In this document: positions 53,461 through 64,000 of the stretch, in pieces
How the letters are laid out: every line of letters begins with the position of its first letter
Numbering within the stretch: the first letter of the stretch is position 1
Source: Octopus sinensis
Taxonomy: Eukaryota
Length of the DNA: 64,000 nt
Reading direction: 5' to 3'
Assembly (NCBI RefSeq): GCF_006345805.1
Contig: NC_043012.1
Location: 33,542,001 to 33,606,000, forward strand
Program-made: the position numbers and the translations under genes
Notes under the pieces: model-generated
What the model saw: only the letters and a program-made list of their open reading frames with translations
Told to the model about the DNA's origin: nothing
Database searches by the model: none

Positions 53461-54095
53461 GGTTGTTTGGAATCTGAAATTTCGTCAATGGCTTGAAATG
53501 GAGAATATAGGTGATGATGGGTATAAGGACAATCTGCATAGCACCTAGTGGAGGACGGTTAAGTCAGGTTCAGAAACATATAGCCCATGTAATAGTGAAA
53601 ATTCTATCGCATTTGCAAGTTCATTTCGTAAGTTGTTTGTGACTCAAATTTTGTCTGAAGAAGTGAGTGCACTATAAATTTATTTCATAAAATTGCATAA
53701 CATTTGAATGTGATATGAAATAAATGGCGTTCGTTCACCGAAACGTAAGTAACATAGATTTGACTTAGCTCTGTGAGGATAATAAGATATCTATTTGATA
53801 TTATGCTTGGGATGAAGAATGCTCCTTAAATAGTAAACCGAAACCTAAATATATTATATGGTGCGTCTGGTGTGTGTGGTGTGTGTGTGTGTGTGTGGTG
53901 TTGTGGTGTGGGTGTGTGTTGTGTCGTCGCTGTGTGTGTGGTTTGTTGTGTGTGTAGTCATAATACTGATTTTTAAATTCCGTTTTTCCTTATAATAATC
54001 GAAAAGTGATTTGAAGTTGTTTCCCAATTATGTTGTTATTTTTATTTTAACCATTATTTATATATATATATATATATAGCTATATATATATATAT

Positions 54096-54141
<46 letters not shown>

Positions 54142-54144
54142 CAC

Positions 54145-54339
54145 AGCACGGACTTTGTCAGTGAACAGGTCGCGGATTTTAGCGACGAAATATTTTGACA
54201 AATTAAACTAAATGTTGGAGTGAATCGAACGACTTTGTGTGTTTTTTAAATGGCTTATAACACCTTCCCACGCTGCAATTGTTTCGTTTCAGCACACGAT
54301 CTCAGATCAAATTACTTGCTATGCGAGTACATCTCCGTA

Positions 54340-54340
<1 letters not shown>
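54145..54340 (+). mobile_element. Element family H2 with G3:C8 hammerhead-like motif (54154-54202)
   Basis: tttgtca-GTGAACA-g-gtcgc..gcgac-GAAA-tat-TT-tgacaaa; (TA)n on both sides. Confidence 0.7.
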
Positions 54341-54374
<34 letters not shown>

Positions 54375-54413
54375 GTATACTAATATAATATATATATATA
54401 TATAGATATATTA

Positions 54414-54450
<37 letters not shown>

Positions 54451-54451
<1 letters not shown>

Positions 54452-55088
54452 CACTACAAATTAGAGAATGGAGAAATATACTTAAATCAGTAAAACATCA
54501 ACTATCCGATGAACTCAAATCCATACTTAATACACCATTACATATGAGTAAAGGCAATACATAAAATGAAATGAGATATACAGTAATAGTAAAAAGATCA
54601 CTATTATAACAAATTTAATTTAATTCTCTGAAGAGGCCGTGGGGCATCCTGTTATGCCTCATTTATACCTGCCTTTATGCTTATAGGTTAAATGAGGTAT
54701 GACTGTCTCACTGCCGAAACAGCTGTCAGTTTTGATTTATTTGCATATATATTGAAAATTTTTACTTATATACTTTATCTTTTTACTATTACTGTATATC
54801 TCATTTCATTTATGTATTGCCTTTACTCATATGTAATGGTGTATTAAAGTATGGATTGAGTATCATCGGATAGTTGATGTTTTACTGATTAAGTATATTT
54901 CTCCATTCTCTAATTTTGTAGTATTAATTTACGGTAATATTATTACCTTTACCCATATAATGCAATAGATGAACTGATTGTTTGACAATTTTAACATCTA
55001 TGTATTAATTTTGTTGGGTACCTATCTAGCCAGTATATTGGATATATATTATCCATGGTGGGTTGAATTTTCAACCCCTATCTCATTA
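54451..55088 (+). mobile_element. Penelope-like terminal-repeat element: ~146 bp inverted repeat around a long-stem-II hammerhead (54626-54729)
   Basis: IR arms 54453-54598 and 54777-54922; CTGAAGA-ggc...gcc-GAAA-cagctg-TC-ag. Confidence 0.75.
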
Positions 55089-55542
55089 TATATATATATA
55101 TTGTATATATATATATTATATATATATCTATATATATATAGATATAATATTATATAATATATATATTATATATATATATATTATATATATATAAAATCAA
55201 AACGCAAAATCATTGGCATCACTTGAAAAGCATTGATTTAGACAGAGAATATATATTCATAATGCGGTTTGTGCACAGTGGTGATAAAAGCCGGAGTTTC
55301 TCGTGGTTTTAGAATACCAAGCATGTGGATCATGATGTTGACTAAAGATTTCATAAGCTAAGTATTCCGCAATCGGATATGTGTGTGTATGTGTGTGTGC
55401 GTGTATGTAACACTATCTGGTTTTCTCGGAAGACATATAGGCCATTTGATAGTGAAACGATGAAGTAAAAATATCCACTTTACGATGATTAATACGTTCA
55501 CTTGATCGGTTATTATATATATTATATATATATATATATATA

Positions 55543-55900
55543 TAACGGGAAGCTTTATGAAAATAAACAAAAGACGAAGGCAGGTGGAAAACAAACGAAC
55601 AATTGTATTAGTATGGCGCTCAGGAAATATAAATAAAACAAGTCTTTAACGTTCGAGCCTACGCTCTTCACAGAAAGATACAAGTAGGAGAAGAAAACAC
55701 ACAGAAAGAAGGAGAGAAAAAAAAAAATGCGTGCAGTAGCTAACGAATCAACATGGCGATCTGATTTCGGCCAGAGGTCAAAGATCAAACATGAGACGCG
55801 AGAGCGAAATAAGGGGAGATAATAGGGTTGATAAACGGGTTGAGGGACCAGCTAATAGTGCGTGGGAGGGGTCTGGATGTGTGTATGTATAGGGTTGGTG
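55543..55900 (-). mobile_element. Hammerhead-bearing element family H1
   Basis: Near-identical reverse complement of 30460-30748; the core at 55643-55678 has two 1-nt deletions. Confidence 0.78.
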
Positions 55901-55920
55901 TATGTATATATATATATATG

Positions 55921-55951
<31 letters not shown>

Positions 55952-56974
55952 AAACACATATATACATACATATGCACATGCAAACACACACACAAACATG
56001 TTTATATCGAATGGTTTATGTTTCTTCAAGAAAAACCAGCTCTGTGTTACATATGGAGTGTTTTGTGTGTGTGTGTGTGCGTGTGCGTGTGTGTGTCTGT
56101 GTGCGCGTGTGTATGTATATACGTGCGTGTGTGTCGGTGGTGTCTGCGTGTGATGTCTGTGGGTATATGCATACGTGGTGTTTGTGTGTGTGGTGTCTAT
56201 GCGTGTATGTGTGTGGTTTGTGCCTTTGGTGTTGTGTGTGTGTGTGTGTGTGTGTGTGAAAAGAGTCAGAATGCAAATTAAAAAGAAGCTGGGGTGGAAG
56301 GCACCAAAATAAAAAAAGGAGAGGGTGGACGAAGACAGAAATAAAGAAAGAGAGGGGGAAAGAATTAAAGAAAAACAAAGAGAAGGAGCGAATGAAGAGA
56401 AGAATTACTAGAGGAATGTAAATGAGGATATATATGATGAAAGAGGAAAAAGAGTGAAGAGAAGGAAAATTCTCAAGAAATACAGGGTGGAGATAATAAC
56501 GAAGCAACAGCGAGAATGAAGATAGAAGGTAGGAGTTTAAGTGTGAGGTGCAGGAAGAGGAAGGATTGGACTCGGAAGTAGGAAGGAATAAAATAAGAAT
56601 GGAAGTGAGGAAGAGAAGATGAACTGATTGGGGAGAGAGCGATGGAGAAGCGGGTGGGGAAGGATATTTTTTCGAGGATGAGAAGATGAAGATGGGAGTG
56701 GATAAGGGAAGAGAATGAGAGAAGTATGAGATATACGTAAGAAAAAACAATGTGGATTTTATAAGGTGTGGAAAGGTGACAATGTTAGGTGTGTTATGCA
56801 GAAGGTTATTCGTTAACTACACACCTTTTAATTAACTACACACGAATTAATGAACAAAAGTTTCTGTTGTAGGTTTGTGAGTCTAGCTTAGCATATATCT
56901 TCTATGCAGGTTGACGCAGTTGAAACTAGTTGAAATATTTTAAATAAATTAATAGTTTAAAGGTATAAAAATAA

Positions 56975-57214
56975 ATGCGCCCTTTTAAAGCCTAGCCAGG
57001 CTCATGGGCCCGGTTTCAATGGCGTATGTGTTCCCCAGCTGGACGGGACGCCAGTCCATCGCAGCGTTACTCATGTTTGCCAGCTGAGTGGACTGGAGCA
57101 ACTCGAAATGAAGTGTTTTGCTCAAGAACACAACGCGTCGCCCGGTCCAGGAATCGAAACTACAATCTTACGATCATGGAGCTGACACCCTAACCACTAG
57201 CCACGCGCCTCCAC
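56975..57214 (-). mobile_element. CORE-like SINE family D head with V-domain-like tail
   Basis: Reverse complement: head, gttcttgagcaaaacactt, then gcgatggactggcgtcccgtccag. Confidence 0.85.
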
Positions 57215-57842
57215 CTTGTTTAAAGGTAATTATCTAAAATTAGAAAGGTTACATTTAAAATGCTACGGTGCATTTTACAATATATAACAGTTACCTTCAT
57301 TATAAATTGTTGAAACACTCGTTCAGAAAGCGATAAAAGGTCAACAATCTCAGAAAACTAAGAAAGAGTGTAGAGAAATAAAGATCGTAATAGAACATAC
57401 ACTTACACTGATAGAGAAATAGTTTGAGGCTGCAAAAGACCATGGGGAAGATGAGGACAACAGAGGGAAGCGAAGTGGTTGGTAATAGATAAGCGAAAGA
57501 ACGTAAATAAGGAAGATGTAGAAATTGTAATAACAGAAAGTAAGTGCGAGGCTGGTAATAGAATGTAATACACAATTACAAAGTGATCAGGAAGTATAAT
57601 GTTATCCGCAAATATTTAATGAAGAAATACTAAGATAACAAAAGACTTAGGGCAGGAAGATAAGTTAAAGTTTACAGTTGGTCGCATAAAAACCGATGTT
57701 AACAGTAAGAAAGTAAGCTTGTAGTTGATCACTTTCAGATTAAATGAACGGCATGAATAGATCATGGTCTGATGAACAGGTATCTACAAGAATACTATGA
57801 AAGACAGAAAGAGATGTATGTGTGTATACGTATATGTATGTA

Positions 57843-58980
57843 TGTCATTATTCAGTTTTATTTCAAGATTTCTTGCCAATAGAGAAAGAGCCGGTTTCTA
57901 ACCTAGATTCAAAACTCTTTCATTGGAATTTCAACACCAACAACAAGGTATTTTTGCTTGTATGTATGTATGTATGTATGTATGTATGTATGTATGTATG
58001 TATGTATGTATGTATGTATGTATGTTTGTATGTACGTACGTACATACATATGTATGTATATGTGCGTATGTATGTACATATCTATGTATGTATGTATGTA
58101 TGTATGTATGTATGTATGTATGTATGTATGTATGTATGTATGTATGTATGTGTACAGATTTGTATGTTTTGTTGTATGTATGTGTTCTCATGCATATAGT
58201 TGCGTATCTAGACATGCTCATATATATTTAAAAAATAAACTTCTGGAAAGTTTTACAGATTTTTATAGTTCCAATGATGGATTGGATCTGTAGTCTTCGA
58301 ATTAGCTTTCTCCTTTCTGGTTTTGAGAAGCCTAATTTCTCAAGATTGGTATTTAGGCAGTGAGTTACATACCCCAGTGCCCCAATAATTACAGGTATAA
58401 ACCTGAATTTGTAATCTGGATAGTGTAACTTCAGATTTTTCAATAGTTCAGCGTAGGTATTCTCTTTTCCACTGGTCTTCAGCTTTACGTTAACATCCGC
58501 TGGGCAGCTAATTTCCACAACTGTCAGGTCTGTTATACTTACATTTTATTGAAGTCTTCGCTGGAACGAATTTCATTATAGAGTGACCTAGCTACAACAT
58601 CATGTCTCATCAGTAGATAATACCGTGATGACATTTTCGGGCAACTGTTTATAGTGTGGGTGATATCTTCGGAATTAACAAAGTCTGCATCGGTTGTCAC
58701 ATTTTACTTTTTTTCCTGCATCTCTATCCCTTTTGTGCATCAGGTACTTGGTTGATATTTCTTGTTCTTGGATTGCAAACACATACCCATTTAAAGTGGG
58801 AGGTAGTAATCCGGCTATTGGTCCATGATAAACTGCTTTGATGATCAATGTTACTATCATCTCTGAGCTTTCTACTAACATGTCTATGCATAGTCTTCTG
58901 CTCATAGAGGCTCGTCCTTTCATCTGATGATACGTTTTGGTACGTTCGTTACTCAGTAAACTAGACTGTTATTATACTGC
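57843..58980 (-). mobile_element. Truncated R4-like RLE element of a distinct subfamily ending in (TACA)n
   Basis: FAIQEQEISTKY..CRLC..RHD..KYNRPD..VEISCP..IPVIIGALG, stop at 58228; putative 3' UTR to 57843. Confidence 0.8.
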
Positions 58981-58984
58981 TCCA

Positions 58985-59892
58985 GCCAAAACAAGCGAAA
59001 TTTGGGGTAGAAGGCAGCGACCAGCTGGCACTCTAGGTCTTCTAGAAGTCCAAACCTTTTCGTGATGCCTGCCAGTATCGTATCTGCCAGAGGACTGCAG
59101 TAATGCGATGTTTGAACGCTTCGTTAAACTTCATGACAGTAGCCGCTACAATTGGCAGAAGGTTCCCGAGATAGGCCTGGTCCTCCTCCTGGATTTTATC
59201 CAAGGCCTTGACAACATTAACCATCACCTGGGTGTACTCCGTTATGAAGCTGATATCGGAATCAGCGAAGGTCTGCAGCTTCAGCTCTGTCATCACCCCG
59301 TGGACAGCTCCCCATATTCTTCTCCAGCAGCTTCTTGAGGACAACGACAGAGTCATAGGTAGAGTTCCATCTGGTACTGCTGGGGACCACCAGCCTCCTC
59401 TTCAACATGTCCAGAATGCTGTATGTTGCCACCGTGCTGCGGCTCTGCAGGTTCCGCAGCCGTTGTGCCTTGGACATGGCCTTCCTGTCTTGAAAGCAGC
59501 GCTGTCAAGAGCCTTGTCGACATCCACGCTTGCTACCAAGTTGAAGGCATGGGCTGCGAACTTCATGTGCACTGGCAGGTGTAGGTCCAGGCCGCCGGAC
59601 TCGTCAAGGATGGCATCAAGAGATGTACTCACATTCGTTCACATCTCAAGCCTCCGGATCCACGTGCAGGTCCACATCCTCGACGCCCTCCACTTCTGAA
59701 TCGGCAGCAGCCTCAGGAATATCTGGCAAGAGTTCAATTTCTGTACCAAACTGCATAAATGCCTTAACAAAGTTTTTGCCGTTGTCCGTCATGGTCCTGG
59801 TCACCTCTTACAGACGGAACTTGTAATGGGTGTCCACCTTGGCCTGGGAGAGAACATCAAATGTCTTCTGAGCTGAGTGCAGGCCAGGACGG
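58985..59892 (-). pseudogene. hAT (Ac/ZBED-like) transposase fragment
   Basis: TDNGKNFVKAF, HMKFAAHAFNL (CxxH region), PSSTRWNSTYD, ALDKIQEE..YLG; frameshifted. Confidence 0.85.
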
Positions 59893-59918
59893 CGTATGTA
59901 TATATATATATATATTAT

Positions 59919-60052
<134 letters not shown>

Positions 60053-60254
60053 GTAATACTTTACATCACGTTCCATGTGTTAATATTGTATTATATGTTC
60101 TGTGGGGAAACGTACAATTATCTTAGCTGCACATCAAAGCAACAAAACTTTCTGTCTGTAACAAGAAAAAGATATTTATATTTAAATGTCAGGCACATGA
60201 CTTAATTGTATTTTGAAAACTGAATACGTCATGTGATGCGAGGGGAGGGGAAAC

Positions 60255-60465
60255 TCTAACGATTCAGCCGGAGAGCAGAAGAAAGTAATTTTATTTATTC
60301 CAGTTTTCGTCTATCATTACGTTCTGAGTTCAAATCCCGCCGAGGTCGACTTTACCTTTCATCCTTTCGGGGTCGATAAATTAAGTACCAGTTACGCACT
60401 GGGTCGATCTAATTGACTGGCCCCCAACTTCCCAAAGATTTCGGGCCTTGTGCCTAGAGTAGAAA
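60255..60465 (+). mobile_element. SINE family B, 5'-damaged
   Basis: Central domain conserved. Confidence 0.8.
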
Positions 60466-60690
60466 AGTGTATTTTTTCTGTTTACTCTTATCAGAAAACT
60501 TCACTGAATTTTTCAAATTTACTAATTTTGCTGACACCTTCCATGATAAATTCTCTGGAACTCTTATTTGTCTTGGAAATATAATGGTCCATACCCGCGG
60601 GTGTTTAGCCTGTAATGTGGTCACCGACAGAAAGAACATCTAAATCATGTCAAAAGAAAGAAGGAACGAAAGACATGCAGAATACTCCTA

Positions 60691-60904
60691 CGAGGGTGAA
60701 CGGAAAAGTTCCTGGCTTTGAGTAAGAGAAAATATAGGAGGATCGGTAAATTATGACTTTATTTTACATTTTCCCCTATCAGATTCACACTTATTGCAGT
60801 GGTCCCTCTGTTTTTCTAAGCCCTGTAGAAGAACTCAGAAGGTTGGACCTCCAACCAGGTCTTTCTCTATACCCTTAAAGCCAGGAACTTTTCACCACCC
60901 CTTG
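60691..60904. mobile_element. Tc1/mariner MITE
   Basis: TIRs cgagggtg..gaaaagttcctggcttt / aaagccaggaacttttca.caccccttg; TA at the left end. Confidence 0.8.
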
Positions 60905-61275
60905 ATAAGCCCTATTACATCTAACTCATTTAGAAAGGGGAGTAACGATGAATAAAGAGTGATACTGATTAAGGAGGAGCTTTTTAATCCTGCTGCTTCA
61001 GTGTCGGTCACGTGATTAAAATACAGCCAACACACAATGTAAAGTGAACGAAACTCTTCAAGACTTTCCAGAACTATTTTGTATTGGGAAAGAGAACGAA
61101 AAAAACATTATGACAACGGTGATGGTGATTGTAACTCCTCAATACACTCGGTATTACTCCCTGAACAATTTTTATAACAGAGCTATAAAACCTAACCCTA
61201 ACCCTAACCCTACTTATTACAGCAGAGCTATAAAACACAGAAAAGAGATTAAAAGAAACTTGAAAACCACTATGC

Positions 61276-61501
61276 GGCGAGCTGGCAGAAACGTTAACAC
61301 GCCGGACGAAATGCCTAGCTGTACTTCGTCTGCAGCTACGTTCTGAGTTCAAATTCCGCCGAGGTCGACTTTGTCTTTCATCCTTTCAGGGTCGATAAAT
61401 AAAGTACCAGTTACGCACTGGTATCAATATAATCGACTTAATCCGTTTGTCTGTCCCTGTTTATCCTCTCTGTGTTTAGCCCCTTGTGGGTAGTAAAGAA
61501 A
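61276..61501 (+). mobile_element. SINE family B with probable 18 bp TSD
   Basis: aagaaactt(g/a)aaaaccac at 61253-61270 and 61503-61520. Confidence 0.92.
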
Positions 61502-61608
61502 GAAGAAACTTAAAAACCACACACATGGAAATAATTATATTAATAGATCCATCTTACACAGAGTACAAACAATAGAAAATATAAAAAAAGGTGGAAGAAA
61601 TGTGCTAT

Positions 61609-61735
61609 AAATCCAACAGCTGTTTCTGGGGTGTCGGAGATCATTAATAATGTTGGTAGATGTAGTTCATCATAGTATGCGGCCGTAATGGATGCAATCA
61701 ACATTGGATAAGATGTGCTTCCATCATCAGAGTAG
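61609..61735 (-). ncRNA. Long-stem-II hammerhead-like motif
   Basis: Minus strand: CTGATGA-tgg...cca-GAAA-cagctg-TT-gg; stem I weak. Confidence 0.5.
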
Positions 61736-61952
61736 AGAAGATCTTACATTTCAGATCTTAATACAGTGAAGTTCAAAGATGGAATCCATCTTTGAACTTC
61801 TCTGCATTAAGATCTGTGTAAGATGATTCTATTAATATAAATATCTATGCATTTAAACTTAAATATTCCGTCTGAAAGTCTCCACCTTTTACTTTCTCTC
61901 GTTTTGCATGTATACAAACTATTATATTTAATATATCTAATTTGTTTATCTG

Positions 61953-62004
<52 letters not shown>

Positions 62005-62009
62005 TGTGT

Positions 62010-62222
62010 AAGGGGCTAAACATAGAGGTGACAAACAAGGACAGACAAACGGATTAAGTCGATTACATCGACCCCAGTGCGTAACTGGTACTTAATTTAT
62101 CGACCTCGAAAGGATGAAAGGTAAAGTCGACCTCAGCGGAATTTGAATTCAGAACGTAGCGGCAGACGAAATACCGCTAAGCATTTCGCCCGGTGTGCTA
62201 ACGTTTCTGCCAGCTCGCCGCC
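62010..62222 (-). mobile_element. SINE family B
   Basis: Reverse complement of 61276-61485. Confidence 0.92.
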
Positions 62223-62829
62223 TCATTCACATGAAATATAAACGAGCCTTACCAACAGTGGCCAACACACAGGCAGTGTAACTCTGACATGCACTTTGTC
62301 TCACTGTTTAATGTGAATTAGTGGAGAGCATTATCGGATATTTATTGATAGTAATTTTAATGTATTATAAAGCTGAACCTACATAGTATAACCTTAATGG
62401 TTCTATGAGAGTACATACCTACACTGAACATCAAAACTACGTAAAGACGTACCTGCCTAACATCAAACAGTAGACAACGACTGATTTCTACGCAGAAATC
62501 CACGTATTAAAGATAATTAAATGTACCACTTTTGTAATGAAATGCAATCGTTTACTCTTCATACTTTATAATAAATAATAAATATTTATAGTTTTGACCT
62601 AGATAGGCACTGCTTGATACACCATACATTCATATATATCTTACAGAATCAGATATATCTGTGTGTGTGTGTGTGTATGAGTGTGTGTGTAAAATATGGG
62701 GCTTGTACATATAAATGTATGCTTATACTTATTATATTAATATGTATGTGTATATATAATATATGTGTGTCTATGGATATGCATGTATGTATATGTGTGT
62801 CCATGGGTGTATGTGTGTGTATGTATCTT

Positions 62830-62873
<44 letters not shown>

Positions 62874-63803
62874 CAAAGTACAATGACACAAATACAGATA
62901 TGTCAATATAAATTACGTTACACGTGAGTGACCGCGGTTTCTTATACACACATGCACGCACACACATATTCACACACACACATACATACACATTCACACA
63001 CATACATACACATACACACACAGTCATGCTACAAACACACTACATACAAACATACGCGTATATTATTACACAGTTATAGACTGAATAAATTATTTAAGAT
63101 TAATGATAATGAGAAGGCCAAAAATAATTTCTGTGAAGTCCTCTTCCTTAAAAAAAACCAAAAAACAGAAAAGAAAATGAAACAAAAAAATTAACAACAA
63201 ACAAGTAAAAAAGCCTTCACCTCCCCAAATCTATTCCACGTGACAAAAAATATTTGAATGTTTAAATTATTTTTGACGATTGAGGTATAAATGGTCAAAG
63301 GTTACATCAACTCATTGATACAGTTTCTAAAATTTGAATATGCAAATGTAAACAAATGTGACTGAATATACACGCAGGAGCGCGCCCATACACACACACA
63401 CACGCGCACACACGCGCTAAAACACACACACACATAGCACACACACACACATACACACACATAAATGCATATGTAACACGCACACGCAAGCTTGCTTTAG
63501 CGCCAGTATATACAGGATCGGTCATCCAAGAAAATTGGCGGGAAACTATCAGCAGAAGTTCCCAAGTATTTATGTGTGTTCGCGTGCGCGCGTCTGTGGT
63601 GTGTGTGTGTGTGTGTGTGTGTGTGTGCCAGAGAGAAAGAAAATGAAAGAGAAAGAGGGAGAGAACTAGCGTTTCACATTTAAAGAGATCAGTGTTATAG
63701 ACTAACGTAGATAAGTGAAGAATGAACCATTATTGACCTAGGTTATATTTAACTTAATATCATCTGGTGTATGTGTGTGTCTGTGTAGATATATATATAT
63801 ATG

Positions 63804-63851
<48 letters not shown>

Positions 63852-64000
63852 AGTACATATATATGTATATCTTTGGACGATAATTGACGAGGGAAGAGAA
63901 ACATCCATGTCTTGTGTGTGAATTTTCCATTTGTTCCGTTGTTGTGTTTCTGTTTAAATTTTGGAACTATATATATATGTGTGTGTGTGTGTGTGTATAT

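Noticed and set aside
55424-55468. CGGAAGA...GAAACG motif
   Set aside because: Stem II and cleavage triplet are not supported.

Overview
AT-rich, repeat-saturated, non-coding eukaryotic DNA. The SINE repertoire and microsatellite load suggest an octopod cephalopod (inference from recalled repeat families, not checked by search). I found no host protein-coding exon; almost all ORFs in the track are microsatellite read-through or transposon remnants. Contents: (i) a near-full-length, frameshifted R4/Dong-clade RLE non-LTR retrotransposon (~16.7-20.55 kb) and about seven truncated relatives, mostly ending in (TAA)n and one in (TACA)n; (ii) a GC-rich APE-RT LINE (CR1/Jockey group, minus strand) beside a 100-N gap; (iii) hAT, Tigger, Gypsy, RTE and possibly Copia remnants, two non-autonomous Helitrons, and hAT and mariner MITEs; (iv) four tRNA-derived SINE head types with shuffled tails; (v) a 2.5 kb (GAT/GAC)n array and many microsatellites. 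The main hunt result is a dense set of about 13 minimal type-I hammerhead-ribozyme-like motifs in short elements, most of them embedded in (TA)n/(TACA)n arrays. They include a tandem pair 306 nt apart (retrozyme-like), a family with an apparent compensatory G3:C8 core swap, a family with a U6 plus inserted-A core, and a long-stem-II CAGCTG class. All folds were done by eye and activity is untested.
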